Positions 12,744 through 22,666 of a stretch of DNA of 64,000 nt are shown one piece after another. Both the position numbers and the translations under genes were made by a program. Within the stretch, counting starts at the first letter, position 1; each line of letters opens with the position of its first letter. The notes beneath the pieces were generated by a model, which had not been told where the DNA came from, did not search any database, and saw nothing but the letters and a program-made list of their open reading frames with translations. Source of the DNA: the human T2T-CHM13v2.0 reference genome, Homo sapiens; assembly GCF_009914755.1 (NCBI RefSeq), contig NC_060935.1; one strand, written 5' to 3'.

Positions 12744-14141
12744 TGTGTCCAGAATTGGTGGGTTCTTGGTCTCACTGACTTCAAGAATGAAGCCGCGGAC
12801 TCTCGCGGTGAGTGTTACAGCTCTTAAGGTGGCATGTCTGGAGTCTGTCCCTTCTGATGTTCAGATGTGTTCGGAGTTTCTTCCTTCTGGTGGGTTCCTG
12901 GTCTTGCTGGCTCAGGAGTGAAGCTGCAGACCTTTGTGGTGAGTGTTACAGCTCTGAAGGCGGCGCGTCTGGAGTTGTTCGTTCCTCCTGGTGGGCTCGT
13001 GGGCTCGCTGGCTCGCTGGGCTCAGGAGTGAAGCTGCAGATCTTCGCGGTGAGTGTTACAGCTCATGAAAACAGTGTGAACCCAAAGAGTGAGCAGTAGC
13101 AAGATTTATTGCAAAGAGTGAAAGAACAAAGCTTCCACAGTGTGGAAGGGGACCTGAGCTGGTTGCCAATGCTGGCCCGGGCAGCCTGCTTTTATTCTCT
13201 TATCTGGCCCCACCCACATCCTGCTGATTGGTAGAGCCGAGTGGCCTGTTTTGTCAGGGCGCTGATTGGTGCGTTTACAATCCCTGAGCTAGATACAAAG
13301 GTTCTCCACGTCCCCATCAGATTAGTTAGATACAGAGTCTGGACACAAAGGTTCTCCAAGGCCCCACCAGAGCAGCTAGATACAGAGTGTCCATTGGTGC
13401 ACTCACAAACCTTGAGCTAAACACAGGGTGCTGATTGGTGTATTTACAATCCCTTAGCTAGATATAAAGACTCTCCACGTCCCCACCAGACTCAGGAGCC
13501 CAGCTGGCTTCACCTAGTGGATCCCGCACCAGGGCTGCAGGTGGAGCTGCCTGCCAGTCCCACGCCGTGCACTCACATTCCTCAGCCCTTGGGTGGTCTA
13601 TGGGACTGGGGACCGTGTAGCAGGGGGTGGTGCTTCTTGGGGAGGCTCCGGCCGTACAGGAGCCCATGGAGTGGGTGGGAGGCTCAGGCATGGCGGGCTG
13701 CAGGTCCCGAGCCCTGCCCCGCAGGAAGGCAGCTAAGGCTAGGTGAGAAATCGAGCGCAGCGATGGTGGGCTGGCACTGCTGGGGGACCCAGCACACCCT
13801 CCGCAGCCACTGGCCCAGGTGCTAAGTCCCTCATTGCCCGGGGCCAGCAGGGCTGGCCGGCTGCTCCCAGTGCGGAGCCCACCAAGCCCACGCCCACCCA
13901 GAACTCCAGCGGGCCCTCAAGCGCTTGCAGGCAGCCCCAGTTCCCGCTCACGCCTCTCCCTCCACACCTCCCTGCAAGCTGAGGGAGTGGGCTCCAGCCT
14001 TGGCCAGCCCAGAAAAGGACTCCTACAGTGCAGCGGCGGGCCGAAGGGCTTCTCAAGTGCCAACAAAGTGGGAGCCCAGGCAGAGGAGGCGCAGAGAGCG
14101 AGCGAGGGCTGCGAGGACTGTCAGCACGCTGTCACCTCTTA
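12744..14141 (-). mobile_element. Solo LTR12C (ERV9 LTR)
   Basis: Minus strand starts t(a)agaggtgacagcgtgctg and ends gaagtcagtgagaccaagaacccaccaattctggacaca. About 1.4 kb with a GC/CpG-rich U3 and internal tandem repeats. 4-bp TSD TTAC (12740-12743, 14142-14145). Confidence 0.95.
13185..13470 (-). promoter_or_regulatory. LTR12C promoter/enhancer: CCAAT (NF-Y) boxes, GATA-like motifs and AATAAAA TATA-like box
   Basis: ATTGG at 13227, 13265, 13393 and 13434 within the U3 repeats; repeated tagatac/tagatat; ttttatt at 13190-13196. ERV9 LTR promoters are known to be NF-Y/GATA driven. Activity of this copy is not shown by the sequence. Confidence 0.65.
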
Positions 14142-14447
14142 TTACTACTTTTTTTCATACACAAATCCAGCCATTCATTTCTTTAGGAGTCCTCATAAAA
14201 CCGTGAATTCACCATTGACTTCAACTTATATTTCACACTATAATAGCCAATCAATGTAGTTTGCTAAATATAATAAGCACAAGGTATCTATCTAAAAGAA
14301 ATTTTGTATTAAAAATGCAACCTTTAATCAAACAAGGTGTGATATCCTTACTTTTAAAATTAAAAAAGAACCCAGAAGCTAAGAGAGATTAATTAGCTAG
14401 CCCAAGTTATATGGTTAGTAGGTATCAGAGTTTGCATTTAAATAAGT

Positions 14448-14530
14448 ATGTCTGTTTTTTGTTTGTTTGTTTGTTTTTTGGCCTGTTTATTGCTGCTGGT
14501 GGTGGTTTTTTTTTTTTTTTTTTTTTTTGT
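14448..14530. repeat. T-rich low-complexity / poly(T) tract
   Basis: (TTTG)n followed by a run of more than 20 T. Confidence 0.9.
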
Positions 14531-15057
14531 ACAAACTGAATTTGGACTTTTAGGGCAAAGCCAGCACTTAGTGCAACAGACAGAACAAACAATATTCAAT
14601 GACATCAGCTGTATTTGGGAAAGTTTCTTGGCATTCATGATGGTAGCAAGTTTCAGAGAAATATGGAGAAATTGGAGGTCAACAAGGCAATACATGCAAG
14701 ACCTCCTTTGGCAAAACAAAAAGGCTCTAAGTAAACAAAATTTCTGCTCAAAAGTCAGATACACAGTGATGATTTTTCTGTGTATAGTCATGAATTACAT
14801 CTATTCTTTTAATAGCTAACTAATGTTCATATGTAATTATAGTTCATAGTTCTCTTTAAGTATTGTACTCACTTTTTTATTGCCAGCATCAATGGAAACT
14901 ATTTTCAGAAGGCAGCGCTGAATGAGGACTTTATTGCTCTCTGGTCTTATTCTGAGTATGTTTTTGGCTACTCTGAGTTATCTTTCCTCCTTTCAACATT
15001 TTTTAAATTTGATTATGGCCTTGTGGGTTTTCTTGGTGGCTCTTTTGGTCTAAACCA

Positions 15058-16136
15058 TGTGAATCCCAAATATGTGAGACAGATTTCAGTGAATTTAGGA
15101 AGTTTATTTTGCCAAAGTTAAGGGCACATGAGCATGACACAGCCTCAGGAGGTCTTGATGACACGTGCCTAAGGTTGTCAGGGCACAGCTTGGTTTTATA
15201 CATTTTAGGGAGATATGAGACATCAATCAATATATGTAAGATGTACATTGGTTGGATCCAAAAAGGCAAGACAACTTGAAGTGGGGAGGGGACTTCCAGG
15301 TCATAGATAAATAAGAGAAAAATGGTTTCATTCTTCTGAGTTTCTTATTAGCCTTTCCAAAACAGGCAATGAGATATGCATTTATCTCAGTAGCAAAGGG
15401 ATTACTGAATTCTGTCTGTCCTTTGTCCACAAGAAGATTCCTTGTGAGGGAGGTAGGTAGCCTTTGTATCTTAGCAGTTATCTTTTTAGAAATAGAATTG
15501 TTAAGCAAAAAAAAAAAAGAAATAGAATTGTTACAGAAAAGGGGTGTCAATCCAGATCCCGAGAGAGTTCTTGCTTGCACAAGAAAGAATTCAGGGCGAG
15601 TCCACAGGGCAAAGCAAAAGCAAGTTTATTAAGAAAATAAAGTGGTGAACGGACAGCTACTCCATAGACAGAGTAGGACTTTCCTGAAAGTAAGAAGAGG
15701 AACATGTCCACCCTAGGTACAATGCTTGTATATATGGGGAGATGTATTCTGCTATAAGGGTTTGTGATAAAGGATTAATTTTCTTAATTACTATATTTTG
15801 CAAGAATCGGTATTATTATCTTTAAAGCAAAATTAGGAATGCCTTTTTTGTCCAGATATCAGGATATCTGGACACTCCCAAGTCTGGGTCTATTTAGTAA
15901 ACATTATTAATTTGTTCTCATAACTGTAAACATCTAGAGGCTAGGAATGCTTAACTTTCTGAGAATGCAGCCCAGTAAGTCCAAGCCTCATTTTCCTAGC
16001 CCTCACTCAAAATGGAGTTGCTCTGGTTCAAATACCTCTGACAAAACGGGAGGCGAGTTTTTCCTAGGCTGTTCCCAGCTTGAGTTTTCTATTTGGCTTA
16101 GTGTTTTGGGATCCAAAGATTTGTTTTCCTTTCACA
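15058..16136 (-). mobile_element. MER4A-like ERV1 LTR, interrupted by MER41
   Basis: Minus strand starts tgtgaaaggaaaacaaatctttggatccc and ends atatttgggattcaca. MER4 core cctaaaatgtataaaaccaagctgtgccc present. The two pieces are 15058-15498 and 16044-16136. Confidence 0.85.
15529..16043 (-). mobile_element. MER41 LTR (MER41C/D-like) nested in MER4A
   Basis: Minus strand starts tgtcagaggtatttgaaccagagcaactccattttgagtgagggctagg (MER41 signature) and ends ccccttttctgtaaca. Confidence 0.85.
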
Positions 16137-16164
16137 ACCCCTTGGCTGAGGCTGGTTGCCCTAG

Positions 16165-16436
16165 GATGGTCTCATGTGTATTGAAGCTGGTGGTTTATAA
16201 CATTGATTACATAATTAGAACCATTTGAGAACCAAGAAATAAAGTAAAAGTAATGAAAAATACTTACATTTGCCTGAATTTTGTTTTGGAGAACTTACAA
16301 ATTTGGGAACCAAAGTTTAAATTCAAGTAAAATTTCCTGGGAAATTGCAGAGTTTTTTTTACTAGTCTCTAACTTATACTACAAAAAAAGCCCTAAGAGT
16401 TCCAACAATGGAACATACTATTTAGGACTGTAAAAG
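16165..16436 (+). pseudogene. THAP12: THAP12 (PRKRIR)-derived pseudogene, coding fragment 1
   Basis: Hand translation gives KVMKN..PEFCFGELTNLGTKV*IQVKFPGKLQ and YYKKALRVPTMEHTI*DCK, against remembered THAP12 EVMENIEVYHEFWFEEATNLATKLDIQMKLPGKFR and YYKETLSVPTVEHIIQELK. Stops and frameshifts present. 5' boundary uncertain. Confidence 0.8.
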
Positions 16437-17303
16437 TACAAACCAAAAATATAATTCTAAGCCCCCCGACCAACTGAATAGATGCCCCTCTTGGCCAAGG
16501 GGGTCCCAAGGAGACCTGAAGAACTCATTCAGGCCATGACGGGAAAGGGGCATTGGATATGCCTCACTGTATCCTCTTCCTTTTGGGCTTTAGGCACAAG
16601 TGACCAGAATTAACATTAAAATAGAGACCATAAGACTCACAAAACAGACTCTGGAGCAATAAGATAACAAATTCCAACATTACTCTTGTATAGCATCACA
16701 TGCCAGATAGCAGGCTTTAAAGTAAATCAAAGCATTTTACCCCAAAATATGTTTATTTTACATATTGTGAAGAAGACCTGCAAAGTTATCTCTTGGGGGG
16801 GAAATTTGCATTCTGTTGAGAATCTCCTTCCTTTACTAGGTATTTCCCAGAGAGTACGACACCTTTTAAGGTCTAATTAAAGACATTTACTGTCTATTCT
16901 CTCTGAAGCATGCTACAAGGAAGCTTTACCTACATAAAAAAACCTTGGTTTTAACAACTCCCCCTCCACCCCCACCCCCACCCCCACCCCCCGCCCCTTC
17001 AACTTAACTCTTTCTGCCAATTGCTAATTGGAAAATCTTTGAAGCCATCTATGACCTGTAAGCCCTCTGCTTCAAGATGTCCCATCTTTCTAGGCCAAAC
17101 AAATATATAGCTTCCATGTTGATTTTCATCTTTGTCTATAACGTCTGTCTTCTTAAAATGTATAAAACTAAGCTGTAACCTAACCATCTTGGGCACATGT
17201 TCTCAGGACCTCCTGAGGCTGTGTTATGGGCGATGGTGTTTAACCTTAGCAAAACAAATATTTAAATCGATTAAGACCTGTATCAGATACTTCCTGGTTT
17301 GCA
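16437..17303 (+). mobile_element. MER4D/E-group ERV1 solo LTR
   Basis: Starts tacaaaccaaaaatataattctaagcccccc (consensus tgtaaaccaaaaataaaattctaagcccccc) and ends cagatacttcctggtttgca. 4-bp TSD AAAG (16433-16436, 17304-17307). Confidence 0.85.
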
Positions 17304-17404
17304 AAAGTATACTATCAAATAATAAATTCAAAAGAAAGACAGCTATGGTTTTGGGCAAATAGGAAAGCTGCAACAAAAAAATATTAAAGAAGCAAGACAG
17401 TGGT

Positions 17405-17775
17405 TTTCATTCGTGTCCGTGTGAAGACACCACCAAACAGGCTTTGTGTGAGCAATAAAGTTTTAATCACCTGAGTGCAGGAGGGCTGAGTCCGAAAAGA
17501 GAGTCAGATAAGGGAGATGGGGTTGGGCTGTTTTATAGGATTTGGGTAGGTAAAGGAAAAAGGGGGGTTGTTCTCTGGTGGGCAGGAGTGGGGGTCACAA
17601 GGTACTCAGTGGGGGAGCTTTTGAGCCAGGATGAACCAGGAGAAGGAATTTCACAAGACAATGTCATCAGTTAAGGCAGGAACAGGCCGTTTTCACTTCT
17701 TTTGTGGTGGAATGTCATCAGTTAAGGCAGGGCACAGGGGATATGATGGCTTAGCTTGGGCTCAGAGGCCTGACA
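17405..17775 (-). repeat. HERV-H 3' LTR7 (371 bp, 29-bp U3 deletion)
   Basis: Direct repeat of 22667-23064. Preceded on the minus strand by the PPT aagaagacaggaa. Confidence 0.96.
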
Positions 17776-18379
17776 TTCCTGTCTTCTTATATTAATAAGA
17801 AAAATAAAATGAAACAGTGGTAAAGTGTTGGGACGGTGGAAATTTTTGGGGGTGGTATGGAGAGAGAATGGGCGATGTTTCTCAGGGCTGCTTCCAGCGG
17901 GATTAGGGGTGGCATGGGAACCTAGAGCGGGAGAGATTAAGCTGAAGGAAGATTTTGTGGTAAGAGGTGATATTGTGGGGTTGTTAGAAGTAACATTTGT
18001 CATTTAGAATTATTGGTGATGGCCTGGATACAGTTTTGTATGAATTGAAAAACTAAACGGAATAAGAGAAGGAGAAAAACAGGTATTAAAGGACTAAGAA
18101 TTGGGAGGACCTAGGACATCTAATTACAGAGTGCCTAAGGAGGTTCGGCATAGCCTTGCCAGTAAAGATTATTTATTTACTTTAAGAGTTAAGAGTGGCG
18201 GTTTGGGGATAGCACCAGGAGATATCAGCTGTGCTGGCTTGGAGAAACAGTGTAAACTGGCAGCGTAAACAAGAGCAGGGCATGTATGAATAGTTGAGAA
18301 CAGTGAATAGGAGTATGACTAGGCTAGACAGAAGATAGTAGGGATGACAAGTTTTCTGGGGCACAGTCCAAGTTGGTCT

Positions 18380-18620
18380 GGTGTCTGGAATGAGACTGGG
18401 GCCTAACAAAAAGGAGCTCAAATGGGCTATACCTTGTAGCAGTCCGAGGACAGGCCTGAATTCTGAGAAGCGAAAGTGGTAAAAGTATTGTCCAGTCCTT
18501 TTTAAGTTGGTGGCTGAGCTTGGTGAGGTGTGTTTTTAAAAGACCTTTAGTCCGTTCTACTTTTCTTGAAGACGGAGGACCGTAAGGGATATAAAGGTTT
18601 CACTGAATACTAAGAGCCTG
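18380..18620 (-). pseudogene. HERV-H integrase remnant
   Basis: Minus-strand translation PYGPPSSRKVERTKGLLKTHLTKLS is a decayed retroviral IN motif (P..PQSSGKVER.NG.LK); ATRYSPFELL follows. Confidence 0.8.
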
Positions 18621-19752
18621 AAAAACTGCTTGGCTGATTTAACTAATAAAGGCTCGTCTGTTATCAGACTGTATAGAGGTGGGAAGGCTAAACTGAGGAA
18701 TTATGTCTGACAGAACGGAATAAATGACTGCAGTGGCCTTCTCAGACCCTGTAGGAAAGGCCTCTACCTATCCAGTGAAAGTATCTACCTAGACTAAGAG
18801 GTATTTTAGTTTCCTGACTCAGGGCATGTTGAGTAAAGCTAATTTGCCAGTCCTGGGTGGGGGCAAATCCTCGAGCTTGATGTGTGGGGAAGGGAGGGGG
18901 CCTGAATAATCCCTGAGGAGTAGTAGAATAGCAGATGGAACACTGAGAAGTTATTTTCTTGAGGATAGATTTCCAGGATGGAAAGAAAATGAGAGGTTCT
19001 AAGAGGCGGGCTAGTGGCTTGTACTATAGCATAAGCCTGCCTTTGCTGGTGTGTGGCTATTAGGCCTGGTGGAACTGCCATCAATAAATCAAGCATGATC
19101 AGGGTGAGGTACAGGAAAGAGGAAAATATGGGGAAATGGGGTGAATGTCAGGTGGATCAGAGAGATACAGTCATGAGGGTCAGGTGTGTTATCCAGAATA
19201 ATGTGGGAGGCCGGATTGAAGTCCGGGCCAGGAACAATGGTAATTGTGCGACTTAACAAAGAGTGAGTACAGCTGAAGGAGCTGGGGAGCAGAAAGTATA
19301 TGCATCAGGTATGAGGAAGAAAATAGATTTTGGAAGTTATGAGAAACGTAGAGAGTGAGTTGAGCATAGTGTGTGATTTTTAGGGCCTCTAAAAGTATTA
19401 AAGCAGCGGCAGCCGCTGCACGCAGACATGAGGGCTAGGCTAAAACAGTAAGGTCAAGTTGTTTGGACAGAAAGGCTACAGGGTGCGGTCCTGGCTCTTG
19501 TGTAAGAATTCTGACTGCACTAACCATGCCTAGGAAGGAAAGGAGTTGTTGTTTTGTAAGGGATTGAGGTTTGGGAGATTAATCGGACGCTATCAGCAGG
19601 GAGAGCACGTGTGTTTTTATGAGAATTATGCCGAGATAGGTAACAGATGAGGATGAAATTTGGGCTTGACTGAAGTAATGGGGGCTATCTGCGAAGATTT
19701 GTGGCAGTACAGCCCAGGTAACTTGCTGAGCCTAATGGGTGTCAGGGTCAGT

Positions 19753-20055
19753 CTAAGTGAAAGCGAAGAGAGGCTGGGATGAAGGGTGCAAAGGAATAGT
19801 AAAGAAAGCATGTTTGAGATCCAGAACAGAATAATGGGTTGTGAAGGGAGGTATTGAGGATAGGAGAGTATATGGGTTTGGCACCACGGGGTGGATAGGC
19901 AAAACAGTTTGGTTGATAAGGGGCAGATTCTGAACTAACCTATAAGCCTTGTCTGGTTTTAGGACAGGTAAAATGGGGGAATGGTAAGAAGAGTTTATAG
20001 GATTTAAAAGGCCATGCTGTAACAGGCCAGTGATAACAGGCTTTAATCCTTTCAA
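19753..20055 (-). pseudogene. HERV-H pol reverse-transcriptase fragment
   Basis: ORF with SPILPVLKPDKAYRLVQNL..INQ..P.HPVVPNPYTLLS...YSVLDLKHAFFTIPLHPSSQPLFAFT, i.e. gammaretrovirus-like RT N-terminal motifs. It ends at a stop where W is expected. Confidence 0.92.
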
Positions 20056-20469
20056 AGCATGCTGTGAGATGGGATATTGGCATTGAGCGGGGTAAGAGTG
20101 ATTAGGTTTTAATGGGATGGTAAGGGGTGCATGATCTGTCGCTAAGGAGGGAGTAGAGGTGTCTTATACTTGTGGGTTAAGATAGGGAGATACAAGGGGA
20201 GGATGTAAAGAAGGCTTTGAACTGGGGGAAAAGGCAGCAATGATGTGTGGCTGTAGCCTAGGAATGGTCAGGGAAGCAGATAATTTAGTTTAAGTGTCTC
20301 GGCCTGATAAGGGAAATGGGCAGGTGGGGATAACTAAAAAGGAGTGCTTAAAAGAGTATTTTCTAAATTGGCACCAGAGTTGGGGAATTTTAAGTGGTTT
20401 AGAAGCCTGGCCGTCAATACACACAATAGTTATGGAAGCAAGGGAAACAGGCCCTTGAAAATAAGGTAA

Positions 20470-20535
20470 TGTGGAGTGAGTAGCCTCCGTATTAAGAAGG
20501 GGATGGACTTACCTTCCACTGTGAGAGTTACCTAG
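20470..20535 (-). pseudogene. HERV-H protease remnant
   Basis: Minus strand encodes VTLTVEGKSIPFL-NTEATHS, a frameshifted and decayed L(I)DTGA motif. Confidence 0.7.
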
Positions 20536-20680
20536 AGCATCTGTGATGGTCCTGTAGGCTTCTGAGGCAATCAGGCAGTGTCAGTCTTCAGCTGCTAAGC
20601 CAAGAAGATCTGGGAAGGAGTCAGTCAGAGAGCCTTGGGCCAGAGTTCCAGGGACTCCGGAAGTGGCTGCCAGGTGAGTT

Positions 20681-21271
20681 GAACAGTCCGATTTCCAGTG
20701 GGGTCCTGCACAGATGGGACATGGCTTAGGAGGAATCCTGGGCTGCAGGCATTCCTTGGCCTGGTGGTCAGATTTCTGGCACTTGTAGCAAGCTCCTGGG
20801 GGAGGAGGTTCTGGAGGAATGCCTGGTCACTGAGGTTCAGGCATTTGGAAGTTCTTGTGTGCTGGAGATGTGGCTGCGGTTTGTCTCACAGTGGAGGCAA
20901 GGAATTGCAACTTTTTTCTATTATTGTACACCCTGAAGGCAAGGTAATTAAATCCTGTGTGGGGTTGGAGGGCTGGAATTTAATTTTTGGAGTTTTATTT
21001 AATGTTGGGAGCAGATTGGGTAATGAAATGTATATTGAGAATAAGATGGCCTTTTGACCTTTTAGGGTCTAGGGCTGTAAAGCGTCTCAGGGTTGCTGCC
21101 GAATGAGCCATGAATTGGGCTGGGTTTTTCATATTTGATGAAAGAGCCTAAATGCTCACTGATTTGGGAGAGGTCTGATAAAGAAAAAGGAGCATTAACC
21201 TTGACTATGCCTTTAGCTTCAGCCACCTTTTTAAGAGGAAATTGCTGGGCAGGTGAGGGAGGCCTACTCAC
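20681..21271 (-). pseudogene. HERV-H gag remnant (capsid fragment and nucleocapsid)
   Basis: GIVKVNAPFSLSDLSQISEHLGSF in ORF 21062-21271. Two zinc knuckles, CYKCQKSDHQAKEC and CPICAGPHWKSDC, at 20681-20817. Confidence 0.88.
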
Positions 21272-21904
21272 GGAATGAAATTATGAACCGGACCGGGAGT
21301 GAGGAGGGGAGGTGACAAAAAGATCATAGGGTGGAGGAGCTGAGGCTGAGGAAGAATTAGGACCTAGCTTGGCCTGGCGAGGAGCAGCCTGGGGAGGAGG
21401 GGAGAGGTCATATGGGTCTGTAGAAAAGGAAGATTAGAAAGACTCAGATACGCTTGGGGTTGGGACTGAGGGGACAGGCGGGAGGGAAAGAAGGAAGATT
21501 TGGGACGAGTTGCCCTGGGCACAGAGACTAGGGAGGGACCAATGTGTAAAAGATGCCGGGACGTCAGGCACCTCAGACCGTTTGCCCATTTTACGACAAT
21601 AATTATTTAGATCTTGCAGGATGGAAAAATTGAAAGTGCCATTTTCTGGCTATTTGGAACTACTGTCGAGTTTTTATTGGGGTCAAGCAGCATTGCAGAA
21701 GAAAATAAGATGCTTAGATTTTAGGTCAGGTGAGAGTTGAAGAAGTTTTAAGTTCTTAAGAACACAGGCTAAGGGAGAAGAAGGAGGAATGGAGGGTGGA
21801 AGTTTACCCATAGTGAAGGAGGCAAGCCCAGAGAAAAGAGAGAGTAGAGACACGGAGGGAAGGGGTTTGGGGGTTCTTACCCTCCAGAAAAGCGGGAAAG
21901 GGGC

Positions 21905-22056
21905 CGGGGCACAGAGAAAGGAGGTCAGGGTGCAGAAATAAGGGATTGGGGCACGGAGATATAAGAGGTTGGGGCGCGGAAATAAGGGATCGGGGTGCAG
22001 AGATATAAGAGGTTGGGGCACGGAAATAAGGGATAGGGGCACAGAGATACGAGGTT
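21905..22056 (-). repeat. HERV-H leader tandem repeat (~44-bp composite unit, ~3.5 copies)
   Basis: Alternating ggggcacagagatataagaggtt and ggggcgcggaaataagggat. Confidence 0.85.
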
Positions 22057-22510
22057 GCGGTATTTGCCCCTCCCCCAGAAAAGTGGGACTTGCCGCTAAG
22101 GGTGAAGGAGAAGGGGTTGGGGCTTTCTGGCCCCCAAGAAAGGCGGAGAAGGGGTAGAGACATGGAGAGAAGGGGTTGGGGTACTTGCCCCTTCCACAGA
22201 AAAGCAGGACTTGCCGCTAAGGGTGAAGGACCAAGGCAGGTGTCCCTGCGTGGTCTGACACCTCTGAAACGTGGGTGAATAATCACAGAGGCGTCCCTGA
22301 AATGATTAAACACCAAGGGAAGGCTGCCTTCCCAGTTGGTGACCGGCGCTGGAGTTTTGGGTCCACGGATAAAACGTGTCTCCTTTGTCTCTACCAGAAA
22401 ACCAAAGGAATTGAAATTAAAAGAAGGGAGAGATTGAAGTGTGGCGCCAAGATTGAAAGGTGAAGGAGGTTGAAGGATAGTGAGGGAGGTTGGAGAAGAG
22501 AGTACAAAGA

Positions 22511-22525
22511 GGCCGCTTACCCAAT
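22511..22525 (-). promoter_or_regulatory. HERV-H major splice donor
   Basis: Minus strand ttttaaattgg|GTAAGCgg, with GT at 22520-22519, about 145 nt downstream of the 5' LTR, where the HERV-H donor is expected. Confidence 0.75.
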
Positions 22526-22646
22526 TTAAAATTGGTGAGATGTTCCTTGGGCTGGTGGGTCTGAGGACCTGAGGTCATAGGTGGATCTTTTTCACGGAGC
22601 AAAGAACAGGAGGACAGGGGATTGATCTCCCAAGGGAGGTCCCCTG

Positions 22647-22664
22647 ATCCGAGTCATGGCACCA
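22647..22664 (-). other. tRNA-His primer binding site
   Basis: Minus strand TGGTGCCATGACTCGGAT, 17/18 match to the complement of the tRNA-His 3' end (TGGTGCCGTGACTCGGAT), 2 nt from the 5' LTR. Confidence 0.95.
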
Positions 22665-22666
22665 AA

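Noticed and set aside
13458-14259. Cluster of GC-rich ORFs of 77-146 aa, CpG-island-like
   Set aside because: Essentially all within the LTR12C U3; stop-poor because of GC content, not a host gene.
14438-14819. Overlapping 117-aa and 123-aa ORFs, and a poly(T) tract suggesting a minus-strand retrocopy
   Set aside because: The ORFs are kept open by T-rich low-complexity sequence. There is no recognisable protein, no poly(A) signal next to the tract and no TSD.
14860-15057. Possible further 5' extension of the THAP12 copy upstream of MER4A
   Set aside because: Hand translation gave no convincing match to the preceding THAP12 residues.
22647-22664. tRNA-His gene
   Set aside because: Only the 18-nt retroviral primer binding site; no cloverleaf.
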